Assembly: GCA_030059665.1 (NCBI GenBank)
Contig: JANVYR010000002.1
Location: 352,001-416,000, forward strand
Source: Candidatus Calditenuis fumarioli
GTDB lineage: Archaea > Thermoproteota > Nitrososphaeria_A > Caldarchaeales > Calditenuaceae
DNA length: 64,000 nt
Direction: 5' to 3'
Positions 9,973 through 19,434 of this stretch are shown here, piece after piece (positions within the stretch are counted from its first letter, which is position 1; the number at the start of each line of letters is the position of its first letter). Made by a program: the position numbers and the translations under genes. Under the pieces are notes generated by a model. That model had not been told where the DNA came from, searched no databases, and saw nothing but the letters and a program-made list of their open reading frames with translations.

Positions 9973-11287
9973 GACCGAGCAACCTCTCCACCTCTTCGGC
10001 CACCCCCTCCCTCTGGACCTCCAGCTGCCTCCCCTCGCGCATGTCCCTCACCAGCACCACGCCCCTCTCGCGCTCCCTCGCGCCGACGATCAGCACCAAC
10101 CTCACGCCCCTCTCCGACGCGAGCCCCAGCTCGTCACCGAGCGACCTGCCGGGGAAGGCCGTCTCCACCGCTATCCCCCTCCGCCTCACGGAATCCGCCA
10201 CCATCAGCGCGTACTCGCCGTCGCTCCTCGTCAGCGGCTTGACCAGCACCTTCGGCCCTCCCACATCGGCCCTGTAACCCATCCTGTCGACGAGGTACTG
10301 CATGACCCTCGTGATCCCTATGGCCACGCCGACTCCCGGGAAGTCCCGGCCTCCGAAGAGGCCGATCAGGCCGTCGTAACGCCCGCCACCGGCCAGCGCC
10401 ACGCTCGCCCTCGGGCCGTAGACCTCGAGGATGACCCCTGTGTAGTAGCTCAACCCCCTCGCGAACCCCGGGACGTATCCTATCCGGTCGCGCCCCACCA
10501 GCGCCTCCAGGACCCTGAGGACCGCCTCCAGCTCCTCGACCTGCTGCCGTGCCCCCTCGACCCGCGAGAGCAGCTCCCTCACCTCACCGACCTCCGCAGG
10601 GCCCTCGATCGAGACCAGCTCGAGGTAGGCCTCCTTCGCCGAGGGATCGCCCGGAGCCTCCCTCACGATCCCCATCGCCTCCTCCCTCCTGCCCCTGTCG
10701 ATCAGCGAGAGGACCCTGTCCTGCGAGGACTCGTCCAGCCCGCACGCCGAGAGCACCGCCCTGTGGATCCCAACGTGCCCGAGCTTCACCCTGAAGTCCC
10801 TTATCCCCACCGACTCGAAGAAGTCCCTGCATATCAGCACCTGCTCCGCGTCCGCCATCGGGTCCCTGACGCCGATCAGCTCGAACCCCGCGTGGTAGAA
10901 CCTCCTCCTCCTGCCCCACTGCGGCTCGTCGAGCCTGTAGCAGTCGGCTACGTACCCGAGCCTAACCGGTAGCGGCCTCCTGCTCAGCCTCGCCGCGAAG
11001 AGCCTCGCGACCGGCGCGGTCATCTCCGGCCTCAGGACGAGCCTCCTGCCGTGGGCGTCCTCGAACCCGAACATGTGCGTCAGGATCTCCTCGCCGCTCT
11101 TGACCGCGAAGACCTCGTAGTGCTCCACCGCTGGGGTCTCGATCATCCTGTAGCCGTAGGCCTCCATCACCGCCCTCGCCTTCCTGACCAGCTCGTCCTG
11201 GACCGCGTACTCCTCCGGCGTGAGGTCGTCCATCCCCTTCGGCGGATCGAGGGGCGGCCTCAACCTGCGCCCTCTTCTCTCTTCCAT
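9965..11287 (-). CDS. hisS: Histidine--tRNA ligase
   Basis: PKGMDD, LRPEMTAPVAR, RRRFYHAG, ARGLSYYTG and GGGRYDGL motifs plus a C-terminal anticodon domain, which argues against HisZ. Confidence 0.92.
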   Translation of the reverse strand: MEERRGRRLRPPLDPPKGMDDLTPEEYAVQDELVRKARAVMEAYGYRMIETPAVEHYEVFAVKSGEEILTHMFGFEDAHGRRLVLRPEMTAPVARLFAARLSRRPLPVRLGYVADCYRLDEPQWGRRRRFYHAGFELIGVRDPMADAEQVLICRDFFESVGIRDFRVKLGHVGIHRAVLSACGLDESSQDRVLSLIDRGRREEAMGIVREAPGDPSAKEAYLELVSIEGPAEVGEVRELLSRVEGARQQVEELEAVLRVLEALVGRDRIGYVPGFARGLSYYTGVILEVYGPRASVALAGGGRYDGLIGLFGGRDFPGVGVAIGITRVMQYLVDRMGYRADVGGPKVLVKPLTRSDGEYALMVADSVRRRGIAVETAFPGRSLGDELGLASERGVRLVLIVGARERERGVVLVRDMREGRQLEVQREGVAEEVERLLGHG

Positions 11288-11395
11288 CTAATTTAGGTGC
11301 CATGCGGACCCGATGGCCTCGGGTTGGGACGAGGAGAGCCCACGGGTCGAGCTGAAGGCAGAGAACAGGGTAGTCACGGAAAAGGCGTGAGGATC

Positions 11396-11427
11396 GGGAG
11401 GGTGGAGCGCTTTGGCATAGGGTGCGC
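11396..11427 (-). other. 3' arm of the pre-23S processing stem (bulge-helix-bulge)
   Basis: GCGCACCCUA-UGCC-AAA-GCGCUCCACCCUCCC pairs with 15112-15143 to give a 3-4-3 BHB. Confidence 0.9.
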
Positions 11428-12101
11428 GCCCGGACAGCTCGGGCGATTGGGAGTGGCGCGCTGAGGGCGTCCGGCTTACGCCTCCGCCCTTACACGCCCA
11501 CCCCATCAACCCCCTCTTCTAGGGGAGCCCTCGTCGGGGCCCAAGGCCCGTTGCCGGGCCCTATAGGCCCCGATTGGCCGCCTATTTTTGGGAGGGGCTT
11601 CGGGCTTAGATGCTTTCAGCCCTTATCCCCAGGGGCGCGGCTGCCCGGCGTCGCCCTGTAGGACGACCGGCACACCGTTGGCCCCGGCCCTCCGTTCCTC
11701 TCGTACTAGGAGGACCTTGCCCTCAGGCGGCCCGCACCCCCAGCAGGTAGAATCCGACCTGGCTCACGCCGGTCTAAACCCAGCTCACGTTCCCCTTTGA
11801 TAGGCGAGCAGCCTCACCCTTGGCCCCTGCTGCGAGGCCAGGATGGGAAGAGCCGACATCGAGGTACCAAGCCGCGGGGTCGATGGGGACTCTCGCCCGC
11901 GACGAGCCTGTTATCCCTGGGGTAACTTTTCTGTCACCACCGGCCCCCACTGGTAGGGGCCGATGGATCGCTAGGCCCGGGTTTCCCCTCAGGACCCCTT
12001 GCGTTCGAGGGTCCTGTCAGGCCGGCTTTTGCCCTTGCACTCTACAGCGGGTTTCTGTCCCGCCTGAGCCGACCTTTGGGCTCCCCCGATATCTTTTCGG
12101 G

Positions 12102-12132
<31 letters not shown>

Positions 12133-13061
12133 CCGTTGTCCCAGGGCACAGGCCCCGGTTAGCGGGACAGCCCCAGGTGGCCGGTGTTACATTGGCGCCT
12201 CCCCGGGCCCCCGGAGAGGCCCGGATCGACGGCTCCCGGCTACGCTATGCACCCAGAGCCATCCCGCAGCGACAGGCTGCAGTAAAGCTCCACAGGGTCT
12301 TCTCTCCCCGCTGGGGGTCCGTGGACTGTTCGTCCACGTTATGTGGGTTCACGGGGCTCCGGGCCGGGACAGTGGGGCCCTCGTTGATCCATTCGTGCGC
12401 GTCGGAACTCACCCGACAAGGCATTTGGCTACCTTAAGAGGGTCAGGATTACCCCCGGCGCTAGCCGGCCCTTATCCCGGTTGGACCCGGGTTTCAGGTA
12501 CCGGTGCTGGCCAGGATTGAGAAGCCGTTCAAAGCCTTTCGGCCTTGCGGCTTCCTATGTTTTTATTAAACAGTCGGGACCCCCTTGTCACTGCGACCTG
12601 CCAACCCCTCCTCGTCGGAGAGGAAGGCAGGCACCCCTTCTCCCGAGGTTACGGGGCCAATTTGCCGAGTTCCCTGGCCCGGAGTCACCCCAGACGCCTT
12701 GGCCTTCTCAGCCAGGGGCACCAGTGTCGGATCTAGGTACGGTCTCCCGGGATCGTTCCGGACCCCCTTTTCACTGGCTCCAGGGATCGGCCGAAGCGGC
12801 ATGCGCCGCCCCGTCACGCCTTCACCCGGTTCTCGCCATTACGGCCCTCCCCGGGCTTCAGCGCTTGGCCGGAGCTACGGCCCCGGTCGGCCTACCCCGA
12901 AGCGTCAGGGGTCCGGCCTGCGTTGCCGCACCTACCCGGGAGGCGCCGGAATCTTAACCGGCTTCCCCTTCGGCCTACCCGGTTAAGGTCGGCCTTAGGA
13001 CCGGCTTACTCCCGGCTGACGACGCATTGCCGGGAAACCCGTGCCCTTCCGGCGGAGGGGA

Positions 13062-13610
13062 TTCGAGGAGAGGGAGAAGGGCCGTCCGTTCCCAAAAGGT
13101 GAACAAGTCAAGGAGGAAGGAATTGTAAACCCTAATTGAGAGAGTTCCAAAATTTGAGCGTGATGTTCGCGATCCACGCCTCACTACGGATTTGCGGAAT
13201 TGCGACAAGGGTATATTCAGCAGATTTGACCAATATCTCTCCAATTTCTGTACGACCTCGTCACGTTCCCATTTAGCGAGTTTAATTTGCAATCGAGGTT
13301 TAATCGCACTTCTCGTCACCCCTAATATCTCCAAAAATTTGACCATGGCCAGAAGCTTATTAGGGTCGCTATTAACGAATTCGAACCTCGTCTTCACGGT
13401 TTTGGGCCTCTTGGTTCCTTCACCTGCGTAGAGGCCTATAGCGTACCCGAATAAGATCGCGGGGACGAATCGTCGGATAACGATGCTTCCCACCCGGCCG
13501 TTTCGGTACTTATATTGAATGATTATCCTGTCGTCCTCAATTATCTTCCTAATCACTTTGCTAAAGTTCAAGGTTTCGGGAACCAATTCGGCAATATCTA
13601 CACAAATCAT
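13062..13610 (-). CDS. Intron-encoded single-motif LAGLIDADG-like homing endonuclease (183 codons within the intron, no stop in the linear intron)
   Basis: FGYAIGLYAGEG helix, FEFVNSD beta-strand, YWS...IPLSQF and GTLSIRV motifs; Lys/Arg-rich; low GC. Confidence 0.78.
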
Positions 13611-13678
13611 GCCCTTTACTTCGTAGATTTGTTTAAGACTGGTTATTTAAAGATTATTGGACGGCCCTGACCCTCTCT
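13062..13678 (-). mobile_element. 617-nt archaeal-type (BHB) intron in 23S rRNA
   Basis: Sharp drop in GC. Removal restores GAGGGGUGGGAA|UCCCCUC. BHB: outer helix GAGGGG/CCCCUC, central helix UGGG/CUCG, bulges AAA and AAU, long inner stem GAGAGGG..GGGCCGUCC. Confidence 0.92.
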
Positions 13679-15111
13679 TTCCCACCCCTCTTCGCTGTCT
13701 ACTACCACCGGGATCTGCATTGGCGGCCGGTCCACGGGACCTCACGGCCCCGCTTCTGCCCAGCCGCCACGCCCCCCTACCCCCACCCGTGCAAGGCACG
13801 GGTGAGCCCGGGTTTCGGCGGCCCGCTTAGACCCGTCAATTTTCGGGGCCCCCGTCCTCGGCGGGTAAGCTGTTACGCACTTCTTAGCCGATGGCTGCTT
13901 CTAAGCCTACGGCCCCGCTGTCTCAGGACGGGGACGCCCTTCGGTTTGTCACTTAGCGGGCACTTAGGGGCCTTAACCCGAGGTCTGGGTTGTTCCCCTC
14001 TCGGTCCTGGAGCTTACCCCCAGTACCCCACTCCCGGGATCTACGGCGCCCGCGGGTTCGTAGTTTGAAAGGAGAGCGGGGCCTCATCGGCCCCTTTCTC
14101 CCCTATCAGTGCCCTACCCCGCGGGCAACCTCCCCCGGGGCTGTCCTGCGAGACACTTCGGGGGGAACTAGCTATCACCGGGCTCGGTTAGCTTTTGACT
14201 CCTAGCCCCAGGTCAGGGGACCGAATTGCACGTCAGGACCCCTATTCGGGCCTCGACCGGGGTTTCCCCCGGCTTCACCCTGCCCAGGGCTAGATCGCCC
14301 GGTTTCTAGCCTCACGGGCGTGGCTACAGGCCCTTTCGGACCCCGCCCCTCGCCGGGGCTAACCCCGGCTGCGGGCGCTCGGTTTCCCTACGCCTCCGGG
14401 CTTACAGCCCTTAGACTCGCCACACCCGTGAACTCCCCGGCCCGTGTTTCAAGACGGAGCGGACGACCCTGGGATTGTCCCCGCGCGGCCCCTTGCGGGG
14501 CCTTGACGGGGATTTCCCTTTCGGGCCGCCCTCGTCTGTTACCGGCCGGTTTCAGGCGCTTTTCACCCCCCTCTCGGGGTACTTTTCACCTTTCGCTCAC
14601 GCTACTGGTCCGCTATCGGTCTTGGGACGTATTTAGCCTTGGAGGCCAGTGGCCCCCAACTTCCCGCACCATATCCGAGGTGCGGTACTCTGGGATCCGG
14701 GGCATCACCCATCCGCCCTTCGCCTACGGGGCTGTCACCCTCTGTGGCCCCCCATTCCAGGGGAGTTCGGCTCGGGCTTCAGGGTGGACCCCCGGCCCTT
14801 AACCCCACATTCCCCCTGAGTTTCCCCAGGGGGTTCGGTTTGGGCTTCTCCCCGTTCGGTCGCCCCTACTAGGGGAATCTCGTTTGATTTCTTCTCCTCC
14901 CCCTACTTGGATGCTTCCGTTCGGGGGGTTCCCGATCCCGGCTCGAGGCCGGGACCGCGGCGAGCCGAAGCCCGCCGCAGGATGTCCCATTAGGAGATCC
15001 CCGGATCTACCCCTGCCTGCGGGTACCCGGGGCTTATCGCAGCTTGCCACGTCCTTCGTCGGCGCCCAAGCCGAGGCATCCACCGGCCGGCGTACCCCTG
15101 TCCGGGCCAAG

Positions 15112-15143
15112 GCGCACCCTATCTTGCCGCGCTCCACCCTCCC
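15112..15143 (-). other. 5' arm of the pre-23S processing stem (bulge-helix-bulge)
   Basis: GGGAGGGUGGAGCGC-GGCA-AGA-UAGGGUGCGC is complementary to 11396-11427. Confidence 0.9.
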
Positions 15144-15232
15144 ATGACGCGGTCACAGCATGAGCTCCCGCATCCCGCCGTGGGGCCTCCCCCGCGGCGT
15201 TCACGCCAACTGGGTATTGTGCAAAAGGACCC

Positions 15233-15239
15233 TATTAAA
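15233..15239 (-). promoter_or_regulatory. TATA box of the 23S rRNA transcription unit
   Basis: TTTAATA about 95 nt upstream of the processing stem, in an AT-rich patch. Confidence 0.65.
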
Positions 15240-15369
15240 CCATCCGACGAATAAGGCAGTAAAGAGTGCCCAATCATACGGGTCCTGCCAGCCCGTCGCC
15301 CCGCTGCCCCTGCAAATGGCAACCCACGACGTCGGACTAAAATGAAACCCGGTGCCCGTTGGTTCAGGC

Positions 15370-15534
15370 ATGCCGGAGGCATGGGAGGTAGTATCCGTCG
15401 TCGCGATCTTCCTGTTCGTGCTGCTCCTGGCGCTGCTGGTCGTCGGCCTCGCGGACTTCATGAGGGCCGTGGGCCAGCTCCTGAGGATAGCGCTTCCTCT
15501 CAGCGGCAACCCGTTCCAGCTGATCTTATCTTGA
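15370..15534 (+). CDS. Small single-TM hypothetical protein
   Basis: ATG 15370; hydrophobic stretch VVSVVAIFLFVLLLALLVVGL; fills the gap between the rRNA promoter and the rhomboid gene. Confidence 0.5.
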   Translation: MPEAWEVVSVVAIFLFVLLLALLVVGLADFMRAVGQLLRIALPLSGNPFQLILS

Positions 15535-15538
15535 CAAT

Positions 15539-16192
15539 TCAATAATAGAACAGCACGTAGTACCTTCTGCGGATTAAAGCTCTGAACCACAGACCCATGA
15601 GCATGCCCACCACCAGACCGCCGACGTGTGCGGTGTAGGCGATGGAGCCGAACGGCAGCGCGAGGGCCAACAGCGTCTGAATTAGTCCCATGATCGCGAT
15701 GGCCGCGAATGCCGGAGCCACTATCGGCAGGAAGTAGAGGAAGAACGCGACGGGTCTCCTCGGAAAGAGGACCGCGAACGAGCCCATCACCCCGAAGACC
15801 GCTCCGGACGCGCCTATCGCTGGAACGAAGGCGGCCCTTGGATCGAAAGCCGCAGCGTAGGTGAGCATGTAGAAGACGTAGGCGATTCCGCCCGCGATCC
15901 CGCTCAAAAAGTAGACCAGCGTGAAGCGCCCGCTGCCGACAGTCGACTCGATGTCTCTGCCGAAGATGAAGAGGGCCCACATGTTGAACAGTATGTGGAG
16001 GAGGTCGGCGTGGAGGAACATGGACGTGATCAGCCTGTAGTACTCGTGTTCGAAGACGATCATCGCCGGAACGGCTCCGTATGCCAGGAAAACCCTCGGC
16101 AATCCCATCGCGAGCGACAGCAGGAAGACGAGGAAATTGACCGCTATCAGCGCGTAGGTCACGACCGGCGTCCGATCGAACTCGCGCAACAC
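15539..16192 (-). CDS. Rhomboid-family intramembrane serine protease
   Basis: YYRLITSMFLHADLLHILFNM, GASG catalytic Ser, AHVGG catalytic His. Confidence 0.93.
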   Translation of the reverse strand: MLREFDRTPVVTYALIAVNFLVFLLSLAMGLPRVFLAYGAVPAMIVFEHEYYRLITSMFLHADLLHILFNMWALFIFGRDIESTVGSGRFTLVYFLSGIAGGIAYVFYMLTYAAAFDPRAAFVPAIGASGAVFGVMGSFAVLFPRRPVAFFLYFLPIVAPAFAAIAIMGLIQTLLALALPFGSIAYTAHVGGLVVGMLMGLWFRALIRRRYYVLFYY

Positions 16193-16360
16193 CGGATGTC
16201 ACGACTTGAAGGACCATAAGTTGAAGTTATCGACGGCGCTGGGCTCCGATACGATTAAAGTGTTGTCAAGCCCTGCAATCCGCTCTAGAGTGGAACCGAC
16301 CAGCCACCGGACCTGAGGGGACGGAGAACGGAGATAGGGACGCCGTACCAGAAGAGGCCG

Positions 16361-17674
16361 ATGAGGCGACGTCGAGTCATCATAATGGGCGCTGCCGGAA
16401 GGGACTTCCACAACTTCAACGTCCGCTACAGGAGCGACCCGAGCTACGAGGTCGTGACCTTCACCGCAGCGCAGATCCCGGGCATCGCCAACAGGGTCTA
16501 CCCCTACCCCCTCTCCGGAGAGCTTTACCCGAACGGGATACCGATCCACGACGAATCGGAGCTTCCGAGGCTGATCGAGCGGTATGAGGTGGAGGAGGTG
16601 GTCCTGGCCTACTCGGACCTCTCCTTCCAGGAGGTGATGGAGAAGGCATCCCTCGTCATCTCGCGCGGCGCCGACTTCGTCCTCTTGGGGCCCAGATCCA
16701 CGTGCCTCAGATCGAATGTCCCTGTGGTCGCCGTGACGGCCGTCAGGACGGGGGCCGGGAAGAGCACGGTGACCAGATACGTCGTCCGGCTCCTGAAGCG
16801 GTCGGGCAGAAGGGTCGTGGTGGTGAGGCACCCGATGCCCTACACGGACCTCAGACATCCCGTCCAGAGGTTCAGCAGCTACGAGGACCTGGACAGGTAC
16901 AACTGCACCTTCGAGGAGAGGGAGGAGTACGAGCCCCACATCCGCGAGGGGAACGTGGTCTACGCCGGCGTGGACTACGCCGAGGTCCTCAAGGCAGCCG
17001 AGCAGGAGGCGGACGTGATCGTCTGGGACGGAGGAAACAACGACTTCCCCTTCTTCTGGCCCGACGTCCACATCGTCGTGGTCGACGCGCTCAGACCCGG
17101 TCACGAGCGGAGCTACCACCCAGGGATGGCCAACCTCCTGATGGCCGACGTGGTTGTGGTCAACAAGGTGAACGCCGCTCAGAGGGAGAGCGTCGATGCG
17201 GTCGTCAGGTCCGTGAGGGAGCTGAACCCGAGGGCGCGGCTCCTCCTCGCTGGAGCGAAGGTCGTGCTGGAGGACGGCGAACGGCTCAGGTCGAAGAGGG
17301 TCGTGGTGATCGAGGACGCGCCGACGGTCACGCACGGAGGGATGCCGCACGCTGCAGGTTACGCGGCTGCGACCGAGGCCGGGGCCGTGATCTTGGACCC
17401 GAGGCCCTTCGCGGTGGGGAAGGTTGCAGAGGTCTACAGGGCCTACCCCCATATAGGTCCGGTCCTTCCGTCACTGGGCTACACCGATGAGCAGAGGAGG
17501 GACCTGGAGGAGACGCTGCGCAGGATCGACTGCGACCTCGTGGTGAACGCCTCACCCACCGACCTCTCGAGGGTCCTCCGGACGGGGAAGAGCTTCGTGA
17601 ACGTGGGGTACGAGCTCGAGCTCCTCGGTCCCGACGCGATCAGCGATGCGCTGAAGGAGAAGGGATTGCTGTGA
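16361..17674 (+). CDS. COG2403 P-loop protein (cyclic 2,3-diphosphoglycerate synthetase-like/predicted GTPase)
   Basis: GAAGRDFHNFN, RTGAGKST, RHPMPY, EEREEYE, WDGGNNDFPF and EDAPTVTHGGM motifs. Confidence 0.8.
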   Translation: MRRRRVIIMGAAGRDFHNFNVRYRSDPSYEVVTFTAAQIPGIANRVYPYPLSGELYPNGIPIHDESELPRLIERYEVEEVVLAYSDLSFQEVMEKASLVISRGADFVLLGPRSTCLRSNVPVVAVTAVRTGAGKSTVTRYVVRLLKRSGRRVVVVRHPMPYTDLRHPVQRFSSYEDLDRYNCTFEEREEYEPHIREGNVVYAGVDYAEVLKAAEQEADVIVWDGGNNDFPFFWPDVHIVVVDALRPGHERSYHPGMANLLMADVVVVNKVNAAQRESVDAVVRSVRELNPRARLLLAGAKVVLEDGERLRSKRVVVIEDAPTVTHGGMPHAAGYAAATEAGAVILDPRPFAVGKVAEVYRAYPHIGPVLPSLGYTDEQRRDLEETLRRIDCDLVVNASPTDLSRVLRTGKSFVNVGYELELLGPDAISDALKEKGLL

Positions 17675-17706
17675 CGTCCGCTCTGCGCCCCTTCCCTCGG
17701 GGAGAC

Positions 17707-17713
17707 TTTTTAC
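17707..17713 (+). promoter_or_regulatory. TATA box for SRP RNA
   Basis: TTTTTAC about 25 nt upstream of the predicted RNA 5' end. Confidence 0.6.
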
Positions 17714-17735
17714 GCGAGGCAATTACCCACCTGAT

Positions 17736-18067
17736 GGAGGCGGCGGGTAGGGCCAGGGGGCTAGCCCTCCCCTTCCCGTAGCGGACCCGAAACGGGCTCA
17801 CGCGGGGGCCAGCAACCGGCGGCGTACGGCCGCGTTGCGGGGCTAGGGAAGGCAGGGGGCGGATGAGCGCGCGTCCCGGTGGAGGCGGGTAGGGCCCCAC
17901 GCCCTCCGTAGGGAGGGCCTCTGGGGTCCGCGCGCGCCGAACCGCGTCAGGCCCGGGAGGGAGCAGCGCTAAGGCGCGGCTCGCCTGCTGCCGGGAAAAC
18001 GTGCGGGACGCTGCCGGCCTGACCGATCCCCGCACCGCGACCGGAAACCGCCGGAGCCGCCGCCTCC
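17736..18067 (+). ncRNA. ffs: Archaeal SRP (7S) RNA
   Basis: Helix-8 motif TCAGGCCC-GGGA-GGGAGCAGC; terminal helix GGAGGCGGC/GCCGCCTCC; about 330 nt; GC-rich and intergenic. Confidence 0.9.
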
Positions 18068-19434
18068 TAACGCTCTCCCCTTCTCACCGGCCTCACCAGC
18101 TGACCCCTCCGCGCGTCCTCCACCACCTCCCCCCGCTCCATGACCACCTCACCCCGGACCACCGTGTAGACCGGCTTCCCCCTCACCCTGAGACCCTCGA
18201 AGGGCGTGACCTTGCTCTTGCTGTGGAGGCGATCGGCCCTGATGACCCATTCGGCGTCTGGGTCCACCAGCGTCAGGTCTCCGTCCGAGCCTATCGTGAT
18301 CGAGCCCTTCCTCGGGTAAAGGCCCCAGATCCGCGCCGGGTTCTCGGAGAGCAGGGCTGCAATTTTCTCGTAGCTGAGCCTGCCTTTGTGGACCTCGGTC
18401 AGCATCAGCGGAAGCATCGTCTCGACCCCGGGGAATCCGGACGGCGCGGACCAGACGTCATCGACCATCTTCTCATGCGGAAGGTGAGGTGCATGGTCCG
18501 AACCGATCGCGTCCACCTCGCCCCTGGCTATTGCGTCCCACAGGGCCTCCGCATCGGCCCTCCCCCTTATCGGCGGGTTGACCTTCGCGACGTTGCCGAG
18601 CCTACTCAGGGCATCCTCTCCGTCCAGCAGCAGGTAGTGGGGACAGGTCTCGACGGTGACATCGACGCCGAGCGGCCTGAGGGCCCTGATGACCTCGAGC
18701 GCGGCTGCCGAGGAGAGGTGGAAGACGTGAAGCCCGCAGCCGGCGAGCCTCGCCGCTAGCAGAGCCCTTCCCACCGCCAGGACCTCCGCCTCGACCGGCC
18801 TAGCCCTCATGTGGAGCAACGGGTTCCTCTGACCGGTGGCCCTCAGCTCCTCCCTCAGCCTCGAGATCGTCCTGCCGTCCTCCGCGTGGACCCCGACCCT
18901 CAGCCCCAGCGATGAAGCAACGCGCATGGTCCTGATCAGGTCCAGGTCGTCGACCGGCTCCCTGATGCCAGTGGTCTCGGACATGTAGACCTTGACGCCG
19001 ACGACGCCCAGCTCCGCCAGCTCCCTGAGCTCCTCAACCCTCCCCGGGACCACGCCGGCGTAGAAGCCGAAGTCCACCAGGGACTTCCTCGATGCCGCCT
19101 CGAGCTTCGCCCTGAAGCCATCGGCGTCAACCGTTGGGGGATCCGTGTTGGGCATGTCCAGGACCGTCGTGACCCCTCCCGCAGCGGCTGCCATCGAACC
19201 CGTCCTGAAGTCCTCCTTCCACTCGAGGCCCGGATCCCTGAAGTGGACGTGCTCGTCTATTATCCCTGGAAAAACCAGAAGACCGGACGCATCTATCGTC
19301 CTCTCTGCCATCGGCATCGATGCGCTGCTCCCGATCGCAATTATGACGCCGTCCTCTACCCCTATCGAGGCCCTGAAGGTCCCTTTCGGCGTGACCACGA
19401 GGCCGTCCCGAACGAGGAGGTCGAGCGCCGTCAA
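18067..19434 (-). CDS. pyrC: Dihydroorotase (type I; allantoinase-like amidohydrolase)
   Basis: DEHVHFRDPG, DMPNTDP, HAED, HVFHLS, TCPHYL and GSDHAPH motifs; overlaps the pyrF-pyrE gene. Confidence 0.8.
   Translation of the reverse strand: MTALDLLVRDGLVVTPKGTFRASIGVEDGVIIAIGSSASMPMAERTIDASGLLVFPGIIDEHVHFRDPGLEWKEDFRTGSMAAAAGGVTTVLDMPNTDPPTVDADGFRAKLEAASRKSLVDFGFYAGVVPGRVEELRELAELGVVGVKVYMSETTGIREPVDDLDLIRTMRVASSLGLRVGVHAEDGRTISRLREELRATGQRNPLLHMRARPVEAEVLAVGRALLAARLAGCGLHVFHLSSAAALEVIRALRPLGVDVTVETCPHYLLLDGEDALSRLGNVAKVNPPIRGRADAEALWDAIARGEVDAIGSDHAPHLPHEKMVDDVWSAPSGFPGVETMLPLMLTEVHKGRLSYEKIAALLSENPARIWGLYPRKGSITIGSDGDLTLVDPDAEWVIRADRLHSKSKVTPFEGLRVRGKPVYTVVRGEVVMERGEVVEDARRGQLVRPVRRGER

Noticed and set aside
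12400-12460. Additional 23S introns at the classic 1920s or PTC sites
   Set aside because: The sequence is continuous there, and the spliced length of about 3063 nt leaves no room.
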